A stretch of DNA of 64,000 nt from NCBI GenBank assembly GCA_964016885.1, contig OZ024747.1, positions 41,602,001-41,666,000 of the forward strand. Reading direction: 5' to 3'. The position numbers were made by a program, and so were the translations under genes. Within the stretch, counting starts at the first letter, position 1. Each line of letters starts with the position of its first letter. Source of the stretch: Eledone cirrhosa (Eukaryota). Positions 12,796 through 24,611 of the stretch are shown here, in pieces. A model generated the notes under the pieces. It had not been told where the DNA came from and made no database searches. It saw only the letters and a program-made list of their open reading frames with translations.

Positions 12796-14059
12796 TGACC
12801 AGATTCACTCCAATCTGGATTGTCTATGTCTAGGGATTTTGATCAATTGATCTTATTTGAATTTTTTGCTTTTGCTTTTTTTTTCTAAATTTATTTCCTC
12901 TCTCCTCCTGGGGGGAGATTTTGTCAAGTAATTGCTTGGATAATCTGAGTTGAGCAAAATTTTCCAACTCTCTTTATATGCAAACCTACTGTATTTATAT
13001 TTAGTATGCAAAACACTCCATTGGGATAGACCCCCACCCCCCACCCCCACCATATTGTCTATCATATACACACAAAAATTGCATTCCATTAATGTACTAC
13101 AGCAATACAGTACTACTTGTACATTTATTTCATTGTTAGAAAGACGTCTGGAATTATATTTAAGTTGGTCTCCTTAACCTTAGTTTTGTGTTTCTCATAG
13201 CACTTTCTTCAATGGTCTTCAAGTGCTACTCCTGGTTGGTTGAAGCGTGTGTGTGGGGGGGGGGGGGGCATGTATCTATTTACATGTATATATTTACTTG
13301 AGTTGTGGGAACTAACAAATGACTATAACACTCAAGTGCTGTGGTTACGAGTGGTGAAATATTAATATTGCAACAGAGCCTTATTTAATCATTGCCTAAG
13401 ATAGGACTATATGTATGATGTGTGTATGAGTCTATGCTTGTGCGGATGTTTGTGTGTGTGTGGAAATATGACAGCTAAAGACATGGGAAATATGCCAATA
13501 AAAACACAAACATAATTCATATTTAGTCAATGTTTGCTATTTTGCTTATTATTCACCTCTGCAATATAGAAATAAAATTTTAAATTTTCTTTCTATATTG
13601 CAGAGGTGAATAATAAGCATGTGCTCTTGCCTGTTTAGAAAGCCATATGTGAAATTAATAAATAAAATTAGAGATGGAATGAAGTGAGACAAATGGAACA
13701 AACAAACAAACAATATCTGGTCTTCAGTCATCTGTTCTGGATGCTGACATCCAAAGGACATCTTAATTTTCAGTATATTAAGGATGGTAACCGTACCATC
13801 CAGAATATACCACAGCAACTGTATGTGTATGAAATATATTGTCAGTGAGTTGATGGAAATAGTAGAGCATTTGACTACATAATTGCACTTGATTGACTTG
13901 ACTCATTGCCAAGATTGACTTGACCCATCACCCACTCATACTCAGAATATAAAAAAATACCATTAATATTTCTAATTCCATCTTCTTCAATAAAATGTAA
14001 TCTCTGCCTAATTATATTAAATCAATGTTTAGAATTCATATTAATATTTCAGTTTAATC

Positions 14060-14160
14060 TAGTGCTGGTGACACAATAGAATACACCCAGTACACTCTGT
14101 AAAGTGTTTTGTGATAGGAAAGGCATCCAGCCATAAAAAATCTGCCAAAATAAAATGAAT
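14060..14160 (+). mobile_element. RTE-3'-related element fragment containing one satellite-like monomer
   Basis: 14060-14107 matches the satellite monomer at 39/48 positions ungapped and runs into AGGAAAGGCATCCAGCC, the motif that follows the subrepeat in the RTE 3' UTR. Confidence 0.8.
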
Positions 14161-14309
14161 TGTGAAGACTCTTCATTTGTGTCAAGGGCCCAACAACCCC
14201 TCTAGTGTTGGTGACACTATAAAACGCACACAAAAGAAAGCATTTAATTTACAAATGTCCAGTTCTGTTGTAGTCTTTATGAAGAATAATTTGAAAGTTT
14301 CAACTCTTA

Positions 14310-14490
14310 ATATTTGTGTCACTCATATGGAACACAACATGCCATGATACTTCTTCCAATGATGACCTCTTCACTTCAACCGCAGAGGAACAGAAGGTGA
14401 CCAAATACCTGGCATTGGCTAATCGATTCTTTTGTGTGCTGGCCGCCGAAGAAATCACTGGTGTCCTTGGATTGTCATTTTCCTCAGCTA
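14310..14490 (+). mobile_element. Relic of the restriction-like endonuclease C-terminus of a CRE-type non-LTR element
   Basis: SLIWNTTCHDT..STAEEQKVTKYLALANRFFCVLAAEEITGVLG resembles the CRE-clade pattern LxWDxTCxDT..AE..KxxKY..L...F.P.AxETxGxxG (recognised by eye). Confidence 0.6.
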
Positions 14491-15157
14491 AATCAGGGTG
14501 TTGTCATCAGGCCTGAGAAAGGAGCTCAGTGAGGTGGAATGGCTGTTCACAGCAGTAAGTCTTTCAACATCTTGTCTGTGGGGTGCAGCTGTATCCCTGT
14601 GTATTCCTGTGTATTCTAAGAGGTAACTAGGAAAGAAGTGGGGTCTGGTGTCAGGAAGGGCATCTAGCTGTAACATGATGTCATCCTAGCCAACCCATGC
14701 CAGCATAGAAAAGTGAATGAAAACATGATGATATGTGTATGAATAAAACCCATCAAAAGAGTTAATAGAATGTATTATTACATTCACTACTGTATATTAT
14801 CTGCTCATCTGTTAAATATTTCAGTTTATGGTAAATAGCTATTTCCTTCCTGGAATGTGTGTATATATATTTCATATTAACTTGTTGAATAAGAAGGAAT
14901 TTTTCTGTTGGATTAATTTATTTTAAAATTTTTTATCTTTTTCATAATTTATATTTTTTTTAATAAAAGAAAATGTTTCTTTAAATTCATTTTACAGCTT
15001 CAATCTTTATAAATGTGAAATGGATTAAATTAGAGCAACCCTACAGGGGCAAATTTAAAGAACACTCCTTTCTTTCTCTTTTTCACTCTCATCTTCATTC
15101 TAAAGCAATAAGATTACATGTATATATATATATGTATGTTTATATATCATCGTTTAA

Positions 15158-15191
<34 letters not shown>

Positions 15192-15330
15192 CGTTTGTGT
15201 ATATACATGTATATTTGTGTGTGAATATACGCATATTTGTGTGTATATATATATATATATATTTGTGTGTATATGTATATATGTGTGTATGTGTAATTAT
15301 GTATACATGTGTGTGTGTAATTATATATAT

Positions 15331-15530
15331 GGCGTGTGTCAGGTTACTCTTCAACGCTACTGGTAACATGTAACCCAGTACAACCCGTGGATGGTTGGGT
15401 CGTCGGTGACTAAACCGGTAACCCCACCAAGCTTGCTTAGTGGGGAGGGTGATTTGGGACATCCTGTGGGACATCCTACAAAACGCATCAAAGGGCGGGG
15501 GAGCTCAGGAGAGTCAACAGCCATCCAATA
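15331..15530 (+). mobile_element. GC-rich structured island, possibly the 5' UTR of a non-LTR (RTE-like) element
   Basis: Several short helices inside a TA/TG microsatellite: TACTGG/CCAGTA, CAACC/GGTTG, GTCGGT/ACCGGT and CCCCAC/GTGGGG. The family assignment is from recollection only. Confidence 0.45.
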
Positions 15531-15982
15531 AAGTAGTTTTATTTGTGTTTATAAATGTATTTATGTGTGTGTATGTATGTATATGTGTGTGTATGTATAT
15601 GTGTGTGTATATGTGTGTGTATATGTGTGTATATATATATGTATGTGTATGTGTGTGTGTGTGTATATATATATATATGTGTGTATATGTGTATGTGTGT
15701 ATATATGTATGTGTGTGTATATATATATGTATATATATGTGTGTGTGTGTATATATATATATATGTGTGTGTATATATATATATGTGTATGTGTGTGTAT
15801 ATATGTATGTGTGTGTATGTATATATATATATGTGTGTATATATGTGTGTGTATGTATATATGTGTATATATGTATATATATATATATATGTGTGTATGT
15901 AAAAGGTAAACAGAAATAACACAATTGGTACAGTATATGGAAGGAATATATTAGATTAATGCTTGAAATAGCAGGAAGAGGG

Positions 15983-16018
15983 TCTTAACGTTTCGGACGC
16001 TAGTCCTTCATCAGAAGA
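15983..16018 (-). ncRNA. Minimal type-I hammerhead ribozyme motif (Penelope-like element type)
   Basis: Minus strand reads UCUU-CUGAUGA-A-GGAC-UAGC-GUCC-GAA-ACGU-U-AAGA: intact core, 4-bp stem II, palindromic ACGU in place of stem III, and stem I UCUU/AAGA. Confidence 0.72.
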
Positions 16019-16051
16019 AAGAATGAGAAATAAGATAGATTAAAGGGACAC

Positions 16052-16091
<40 letters not shown>

Positions 16092-16195
16092 ATATTTATG
16101 TCTGTGTGTGTGTATCCCAGATTAAATTGGGGGTAACCACAGTAAGTAAGGTACTCAATACATTGTAGAGTATAAATATTTAATATGTAGAAATG

Positions 16196-16346
<151 letters not shown>

Positions 16347-16460
16347 ATATATATGTGTGTGTGTGTGTATATATATATATGTGTGTGTGTGTGTGTATAT
16401 ATATATATTGGGTGTGTGTGTATATATATATTGGGTGTGTGTATATATATATATATATAT

Positions 16461-16491
<31 letters not shown>

Positions 16492-16512
16492 TGTGTGTGT
16501 GTGTATATATAT

Positions 16513-16543
<31 letters not shown>

Positions 16544-17159
16544 TATATGTATGTGTGTGTATATATATATATATATTATATGTATATATATATATATGCA
16601 TGTATATCTATAGTATGCAGCAGTAGTAGACATCAATCTTTTCATGTAATATCCATTCATCTATTGGTTCAATCTAAAAAGTTAATGGGGTGATATGCTA
16701 TAATCTCACAGCAAGATGCAATTGACTGTGAGCTTCCCCCCCCCCCCATTCCTCCTCTCACTCACATAGTTTATTTCAACAATGATTAGAATGAGATTGT
16801 CAGCTGCAGAGAGAGGTGCTGCAGATTGCAATAAATATTGAATGTATAATTGTGGTGTGTGTGTGTTTTTTAAAAAATATTTTCACCACAAAAATATTTT
16901 TTATCAGTTTGTATGTGTGTATGAGTGTGCATATAAGTCAGTGTTATGGTATGTGTGTGTGTGTGTGTGTGTGTGTGTATGAGACAGTGTAATAGTATGT
17001 GTGTGTGTGTATATGAGACAGTGTGTGTATATGTACGAGTGTATGTGTGTATGTAACTTTGTAGAAGCGAAGAAAGGTTGTCTAGTTTTATGATAAAAAT
17101 ATTTTCTCTCTTTACAATTTGACAATAACTTTACATACTTTTGTATATTTGCTTCCCCA

Positions 17160-17290
17160 CTTTTCTGCTCTCTTTCTTCTTCTCATACTCTCTCTGCTCT
17201 TCCTCCTTTTACTCTCTCACTCTCTGTTCTTCCTCCTTTTACTCTATCACTCTCTACTCTACCTTCTTTTATTCTCTCACTCCCTCTTTT
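17160..17290. repeat. CT-rich minisatellite of about 30 bp
   Basis: Repeated TCTCTGYTCTTCCTCCTTTTACTCTCTCAC. Confidence 0.75.
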
Positions 17291-17405
17291 TGGGAGTGGA
17301 GGTGGTTCCATATGATTCTTGAAAAGATAATTTTTTAACATGAAGTAAGGAATGAAATACATCTCTATTTATGAGGATTCATTAGGTGGGAGTTGGGCTG
17401 TTTGT

Positions 17406-18183
17406 TTAACCTTTTCATTACTATATTTCTAATGAAAGACACTGCCTATGATTTTCAAATCATTTTGAAAATAATCAAGTATTCAGAGGGATTTTGTAAT
17501 ATATATTATACTAGCAGATTTACCCGGCATTGTCTGGGGTTTGAAATTATGCTAAGAATATACAGCTAGGAAGTAAAAGAAGAAAATTATTTGTCCCCAA
17601 CCTGTCAAAATAAGCAGAAGTCTTCAATAATTAATGCAAACGAATATTTAGTGCAATCTTTGTACACATAAAACTATGCTGATAATGAAGGAAAATTTTG
17701 TTTTAACTGATTTCTTCATTGTACTAATAGTTTTTTTTAATAAATTCGCAATATCCTGGAAGCATAGATAATGCCTGCCTCAAATGTGGACGAAATTACT
17801 TTAAAAATGTAATAGTTATAGGTACCAACGGTTTAAATGGAAAGTCTCATAAGGATTGTTTTTAGATTGATTTCTCCCTTACAGCATACACTTTAGAAAA
17901 AATAATCTTCTTGTATTACCTCGACAGCATAGGCAATGCCTGCCTCACATTTGGTAAAAAAAGCTCGAAAAATGTAAAAGTAATTGCAACTTTTAATTTG
18001 CATGGAAAATCCCATAAGGATTTTGTCTTCATTGTTATCTCCCTTACAAAAATAATTTTGCTATCGATATCGATTTTTTTATTGCTCAACGTGGGTCGAT
18101 TTGACAGGTGCAACGTGCACAGAAAATTTGGTCAAATTCGGTTGGGAATTGTAAAAGCCTTAGTTGTCCAAAGTTGTCCACAG

Positions 18184-18215
<32 letters not shown>

Positions 18216-18403
18216 CCTCGCTTTTATATATATAGAGATATGAAAATATAACTAACTTTCTTACTATTTGGAACATAATTTAACAAAAGTTCTTAAATAA
18301 AACTATGATGGAAGGCTTTTAGGTATATATACATCCATTAAAACAAACATTTAAGTATTATAGAACCAGAGGCAGTTTAGGTGGTTTGATAACGAGAGGG
18401 TTT
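17406..18403. mobile_element. TTAA-type MITE hosting a Helitron insertion
   Basis: Ends TTAACCTTTTCATTA and TAACGAGAGGGTTTA; internal similarity to 18743-18997 on both sides of 17511-18238. Confidence 0.6.
17511..18238 (-). mobile_element. Non-autonomous Helitron
   Basis: Minus strand begins A|TCTCTATATATATAAAAGCGAGGA(TG)n and ends with a GC-rich imperfect hairpin, CCCCAGACAATGCCGGG-TAAATCTG-CTAG|T. No TSD. Confidence 0.82.
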
Positions 18404-18424
18404 ACTAACAATGACAACCTCTCA

Positions 18425-18600
18425 GGTGCTGGTGATCTGCATGATAAATACAACCAGTGCATTCTTTAAAGTTTTGGTGATAGGAAAAGCATCCAGCCAT
18501 AGAAAATCTGCCAAACAAGTCAGGAGGACTCTCAAAGACATGACAACTTCCATAGTGCTGATGCCATAATAAAATGCACTCAGTATGAGAATGTATGTAA
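18425..18600 (+). mobile_element. RTE-3'-related element fragment
   Basis: GTGCTGGTG..CCAGTGCATTCTTTAAAG..AGGAAAAGCATCCAGCCATAGAAAATCTGCC, homologous to 14060-14150. Confidence 0.65.
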
Positions 18601-18742
18601 GCACGATGTATCACAAGCCTATATGAGAGATTAGTAGCTCCACTTGAGTACTGACTCAGATTTCCCTCAAATCAAACCTTTACAGTCTTACAAAAGGAAA
18701 GGACATGTTGCATAATGTAATCTTACAAACACTATACTTTAA

Positions 18743-18997
18743 CCGTTTTGATACCAACCCCCAAAGAATCACTCCTGCTTCTATGGAACAAAACCACCAA
18801 AAAGACATGGTTTTCAAATAATCACACATTAATGGGGATTTTGAAGTATAGCTAACTTTTCTATCATTAAACTGATGTTTGGAACATGACTTAAAGATTC
18901 TTAGATAAAATAATGAGGGAAATCTTTTAGATAAGTATAGACATTTTAAAATAAACAGTTTTGTATTGTAGAACCAGGGGCAGTTTGGTATCAAGAG
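18743..18997. mobile_element. TTAA-flanked (piggyBac-like) MITE
   Basis: TTAA-CCGTTTTGATACCAA ... TTGGTATCAAGAG-TTAA. Confidence 0.72.
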
Positions 18998-19118
18998 TTA
19001 ATAAAATTTATGAAAACTATTTGTAATTTGTGATTATTCTGTTTAATTAAATCTCATAAGAATGTTGTAGCAAATATATAATGAATTCCACCATTTCTTT
19101 TCTTTCTCTTTAATTTAG

Positions 19119-19252
19119 GGCCACGATGGGCTTCCTGGAATCTAGGCATATTTCTATGTATCCGCTGTGCGGGTATTCATCGCAACCTTGGTGTACATAT
19201 ATCCAAGGTGAAGTCAGTAAATTTAGATACTTGGACTGCAGAACAACTAGCT
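19119..19252 (+). CDS. SMAP: Internal coding exon of a SMAP1/SMAP2-like (stromal membrane-associated protein) ArfGAP
   Basis: Polypyrimidine tract and TTTAG acceptor end at 19118; GTAAGT donor at 19253. The 134-nt exon (phase 1 in, phase 0 out) translates to (G)[44 protein letters not shown], the second half of the ArfGAP zinc finger (CxxC plus catalytic Arg) in its SMAP-type form. It is in a different frame from the listed 19126..19455 ORF. No flanking exons were seen in the window. Confidence 0.93.
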
Positions 19253-19439
19253 GTAAGTATATCACTAATTTTTATCTTTTCATTACCATTTTCAAGCTAT
19301 TATATGCATCGTGTCATCTATTATATGCTATTGATGCAGTGTTTTATGGCCTGGTGCCAACTCTTTTAGTTGCCACCTACACACACACTGATACAGTGTA
19401 CTTATTCTATTCTAAACTTGATACACAAAGCATGATGTT

Positions 19440-19800
19440 TGGACAAGGAAGTTAGAAGTGGATTGGTGGTAAAAGGAAAAGATTCAGAGAATGGTTGAGA
19501 GCAAACAGTATAGTAGCAGAAGAGGCAGCCATGAAAGCTGCAAAAAAAGAAGTGGAAAGGGCACAAGAGGCACATAGAAAAATCTTTAGAGAACATATGG
19601 ATTCAGAGCAGGGTCAGGGAGGGATATTTAGAAATACCATGACAAAATGCACCCAGTTCACTTTGTAAAGTGATAGGCATAAAGAAGAGCAGACAGCCAT
19701 AGAAACCATGCCAAAAATGGAACATCTGTCTAGAAGGAGAGTAACACCGATTAAGTACTCACCTGTCCAACCCAAGCCAGCATGAAAAATCTGGTGTAAA
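19440..19800 (+). mobile_element. RTE linker-region fragment joined to an RTE-3'-related tail
   Basis: KAAKKEVERAQEAHRKIFREHMDSEQGQGGIFR resembles the RTE EN-RT linker; followed by GCACCCAGTTCACTTTGTAAAGTG..CAGCCATAGAAACC..AACCCAAGCCAGCATG. Confidence 0.55.
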
Positions 19801-20119
19801 ATTATGTAGAGATACACTGGGCTCTAAAAGGCTATCCTTTTGTACAATTTTACTGTGAACAATAGAAAAAAGAGGAATTGGCTGGAATATAGTTTCAAAT
19901 GTTATATTCACAAACTAACTGCCAAGAATGTGTCAAATATTCAAATCAGTGTACTTGATTTAATAAAGCAAACTAACAGTGGCTCTAAATACAATTTTAC
20001 AGTTATCAGTTAGAAGTAGGGAAAGTAGCTATTGATGAGAATGTTATTACAATCCAACCAATCCCTTCTCTGTTCCCAGTGAAATTGTATAAACAAAGGG
20101 ATAGCATTTACGACTGTCC

Positions 20120-20575
20120 AATATTTGTTCTACAATACACTGTCCAAGGTTTGTCTATAATACACTGTCCAAGGTTTGTCCTATAATACACTGTGATGTT
20201 TGTCACATAATACACTTGCTGATATTTGTCCTATAATAAAATGTCTAAGGTTTGTCCTATAATACACTGTGATGTTTGTCATATAATACACTTGCTGATA
20301 TTTGTCCTATAATAAAATGTCTAAGGTTTGTCTTTTAATACACTGTGATGTTTGTCATATAATACACTTGCTGATATTTGTCCTATAATACACTGTGATG
20401 TTTGTCATATAATACACTTGCTGATATTTGTCCTATAATAAAATGTCTAAGGTTTGTCCTATAATACACTGTGATGTTTGTCATATAATACACTTGCTGA
20501 TATTTGTCCTATAATAAAATGTCTAAGGTTTGTCTTTTAATACACTGTCTGATGTTTGTCCTATAATATACTGTA
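20120..20575. repeat. Composite minisatellite of 24-26-bp subunits
   Basis: Subunits AATACACTGTGATGTTTGTCATAT, AATACACTTGCTGATATTTGTCCTAT and AATAAAATGTCTAAGGTTTGTCCTAT, mostly in a repeating trimer. Confidence 0.92.
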
Positions 20576-20656
20576 ACATCTGGCACAAAAATTGCTAACA
20601 CAGTAATGGTGATATTTCATTCAACTGACTCATTTAAACCATGCCAGCATGGAAAA

Positions 20657-21370
20657 TCTATATATTTAAAACAGAGAATGTCTGTCTGTCTAAAACTCGA
20701 GAACAACCCAACCAATTTTTTTTCAAACTTTACACATGTAATACTTATGGTCGTGTGAGTGTTTTGGGGCAAAAAATATTTCAAATTTTCAATACCCGCA
20801 TTAGACGCCGGTATCGATCTCTCTCTATCTTTCTTAGTCTGTCTTTTTAGATAGATACATAGATATAACGTCGCACCCTTATAATATCTGGCTGTCTGCA
20901 TTACGACATTATGACACTATCTGTGCGTGTGTGTATATATAGTGTGTAACGTTTTTCAAAATATTTACTTCTGCGTTCGCAGATTGATTTTTTTTAGTTT
21001 CAGAAGATCCCGCTAAGGGTGAAAGCAGCGATTCTTTGCTTAAACTTTAATCTGTTATTTTAATATATATATATATAATTATATATTCATCTACAGATAT
21101 TTTTGCATACACAATAACAAAATATAAACAAATGTATTTATTTCACGAGGCTTGACAGCAGCAAAAACAACAAAAAAGAGAGGGAACGCAATTACATGCT
21201 TTTGAAAAATCTTAATGGAAAATTATTTGCCTATTCACCCAAGGCGACTTCACTTTTTATTAGGACTTCTGCATCAATTGGTGAACATACAACGAAACTG
21301 TTTCAGAAAGGAGGGATAAACATGCCAATCTATGTTTAGAATCCCAAGCAACACCGGGCTATTCTGCTAG
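20657..21370 (+). mobile_element. Non-autonomous Helitron
   Basis: 5' end A|TCTATATATTTAAAACAGAGAATG(TCTG)n; 3' end CCCAAGCAACACCGGG-CTATTCTG-CTAG|T. Removing it restores the host repeat tail CATGCCAGCATGGAAAA|TATACATTAAA. Confidence 0.88.
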
Positions 21371-21904
21371 TATACATTAAAACAATAACAGTATGATTAT
21401 TTTATATTTAGATGTTGAAATAAGTTGAGTCTACTATAATTTAAAAAATTGAAATTGATATCAATTACCACAGAATTTTATTGTTGCCTTCTCAGTTTTT
21501 GCAGCACTGATTTTCATTCCAACCATGCGGCACTCGGCATCAAACCTATCAAGCGCATTGTTGCATTTTTTAAAGTTGTAAATTAATAATTTTACTTAGT
21601 CATCTGTTTCTGGCCATATTGCAGTGTTTTTGTGGTCTTATTTGTGCCAGTCACTAATTTGGTACTTTTCTCCCATGAAGACTAGACTTTTTTAGAGGTA
21701 ACCCTTACTTGCCTTGTTGTAACTTCATCACTGTGTTGTGAGAGTTTTCTTGAGTGTTAATTCTGTCACCCATTGTTCCATCTCCCCTAGTAGTTTACTG
21801 CTGTTGGTCGGGGTTGTTTATTTGTCTGGCAAGAGCACATCTCAACTAACCATCATATCTGGTGGCCATATTGCTATCTGTCGCCTGCGACCCTTTCTCA
21901 ACAT

Positions 21905-22345
21905 TTGGTCATCGGAACAAGAGAGGTAGATGTAAAAGCTAGATTCGCTACCTTCAGTTCAATATTTATGCCAACCTTTACCTATGGTCATGAGCTTTGG
22001 ATAATGACCAAAAGAATATGATCATGAATACAAACAGCCAAAATGGATTAATGTTACTTGATAGAGTGCATTGATTGGAGATCAGAGAGTTGCTCCAAGT
22101 AGAGCCACTACTTCTTCGAATTGAGTGATGACAGCTCCAATATTATGGGCATGTAGTTAGAATGTCTGATGGAAAGAATTGTTTAACAGATTTTACAGGC
22201 AAGAGGGTTGGTTAACATCCATGAGCTCGCCTGGTATTGCTTGGGGATCCAGCTGGATCTATTGGAGACAGTTGCTTCTGACAGGACCCCACTGTTTCCT
22301 CCTCCACCTGACCCCAGGAATAAGTGGGTGAAGAAGAAGAAAAAG
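21905..22345 (+). mobile_element. Decayed 3' end of an RTE LINE resembling the Rex3/Expander lineage
   Basis: SIFMPTFTYGHELWIMTKRI, IRELLQVEPLLLRIE..QLQYYGHVVRM, and terminal PPPPDP followed by a (GAA)n tail. Confidence 0.72.
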
Positions 22346-22959
22346 AAACTTAGTCATCATCTCTCTCTCTACTTTGTACTTGTGGTATTGTTGCAAATTA
22401 ATTGAAAACACTTTCTAACATTATCCTCAACCTGATTATACATTAAGGGGTTTAAATGCTGACTGTATTATCTTAACTATTAACATCCTATACCACATGA
22501 AACCACATTAGCAAGATATTCTTTAAAAGTACAAAATGGAATAATGACTACATCCCATTAAAAATAATTTACTCTAATACTGCAAATTTTCACAACCATC
22601 TGTCCACAAGTAAAGATACTATAAAGATTTATATTAACAAACCTGTTTTTAATATTTTCTGCTAAATCATTGCTGGCTGATAAAGTTTTGGCAAAACATA
22701 TGAATCTGTTAGCCTGACTCAATTTGTCAAATGCTGGCAACCCATTGCTCTAATTCTTCAGACTAGGCATTTAGCTAATAAGAAAATATCTTCTAGCAGT
22801 GATGAAAAAAAGAAATAGATAAAATGTGTTTCATCAGTACACAAAGGTATAAATTCATTCAATTATCTCACCCATTAGCAATGTAAAATGGATGTAAAAC
22901 AGTAAAAAGATAATTAAGTAAACACTTTTATCGGGTAAAAATGCATGTATTTTTTTAGG

Positions 22960-23065
22960 GTTGAAGGCTTAGTGGATTCGCAATATAGAAGTTGTGAGTT
23001 CAATTCCCTAACCTGGTGATGCATTATGTCTTTGAGGAAGGCACTTTATTACACATTGTTCCCTC
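22960..23065 (+). mobile_element. SINE family B, 5' fragment
   Basis: GGCTTAGTGG..GTTGTGAGTTCAATTCC..TCTTTGAGGAAGGCACTTTATTACACATTG, matching 6370-6462. Confidence 0.7.
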
Positions 23066-23271
23066 TGCTAGTAGTTGTGACCGGTAGATAGTATCAGCAA
23101 TGGAAAAACCAATGGAAACATTCTTTCCTTTGTCTGATTTGATAAGCTCCACCCCACTCGGTAAATGAATGAGGTCCGGGATCTTGTCAATCAATTCCTT
23201 CTTCTATTGGATTGTTGCAAGCATAAAATTTGCTTTACATCAAAATCACCTGAAAATATATTGTCTTTATG

Positions 23272-23475
23272 GGTTGGATGGGTCTTTTCTAATGCAGCAT
23301 CTTTCCACTTGCTGCAGTTCTTCGTCATCTGCTCTGTGAGATTCAGCAATTTAAGAGCTGATCTAAAATCACTAAAGCTCACAGAGGAAATGATTAATGA
23401 CTCTAACAAGTGGAGGGATACTGTACTGCAAAAATACCTATCCAAGGACATAAAACGGTGATGGTGATGATGATT
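23272..23475. mobile_element. Two RTE C-terminal fragments back-to-back in opposite orientation
   Basis: Minus: LKLLNLTEQMTKNCSKWKDAALEKTHP. Plus: ADLKSLKLTEEMINDSNKWRDTVLQK followed by a GAT-rich tail. Both resemble 2565-2630. Confidence 0.75.
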
Positions 23476-24029
23476 GTTTTTTACAATCTCTTCTTTTATT
23501 CAGAAGTCAACAGGATTTTCAGACTGAGCAGTTCCACTTATTCATTATATATAAATACTGTTACAGCTATGAGGTATTAAATAGCTTAATCTATAAATCT
23601 GAATTAAGTTATTACAACTTATAATTACTTGGTTGTTTTCCTTTTACTTTGTTTATTCTTGAAATATCTAAAAAGAAAAACTATTAATTTAAATATTTAG
23701 AAATAATAATGCAATTTTAAAAAAAAAGTAAGTATAGATATGGAGAGCTTACAAGTAAAATAACTTTTGCAAAGAAGTTCATTGGCTGTGTCCTTAGTGA
23801 TTATCTCCAAAATAGTAGTGAACAATTAGTTACAGGTATTTGAGTGCAATGACTTAACTCTAACACATTAAACTGTAACAGTACTAATGAATGATGATAA
23901 TTACCAAATGATAATGATGTCTCTGTGTCTAGAGTAAATGAGTTCAGCTTTCTTTTTATAAACCTTATAGTAATTGCATTAGCCATAGAAATTTGCCTCA
24001 TTTGATTGTGTGCTTATGAACCTGAGTCT

Positions 24030-24230
24030 GTATATGTACCAACCCACCTGGATCAACGTATGGCTGAACTTGGATTCTTGGAGAAAGAATGTAGTTCCAT
24101 AAATTACACACTACAGACGATCGCTATATTTGGGACAATGAAAATCTACAAAACTTTCTTAAAATTTATAAGGAGAATGATTGTGCAAAGGGTGTTAACA
24201 AAAGCCTGAGGATTGCAAAGGTTTTGTGAC
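24030..24230 (+). mobile_element. Possible extreme C-terminus of an RLE-type (R4/NeSL-like) non-LTR element
   Basis: YVPTHLDQRMAELGF..LQTIAIFGTMKIYKTFLKF resembles the GxVPxxL..LG..LQxxAxxGTxxI terminus of RLE retrotransposons (by eye). Confidence 0.45.
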
Positions 24231-24611
24231 AGAAGAAATGGAATTGCTAAAATACAATGTATATTGCTTGTATTGATTCACATAGTTCAGTTTTAAATGT
24301 TGAGAAGTCAGTTGTCGAGAGGGCATCATCATCCCCTTTCCCTGCTAGCAAGGGTTGGACGGGTTGTCAATACATTGAATCGGGGCTGAAGTGGAACTAC
24401 AAACCCCTCAGATGGGCCAAGAGTATGCGTCTTCCTTACACACATTCCCACACTGTGTTCAGAAAGGTTGGTAGCTCACAACTTACTTAGTTCAGCAGTT
24501 GAGAACCAAGGTGTGATAGGGGCCCTGTCTTAGATATATGTGTGTTTCATGGAGGAGTGTATTGAGTGTTTTACATGAAATAAGAAGGCAAAATTATGCT
24601 TGCCATTTTAA

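Noticed and set aside
19126-19455. Listed 109-aa ORF as a gene
   Set aside because: It is in the wrong frame; the real coding signal is the spliced ArfGAP exon 19119-19252.
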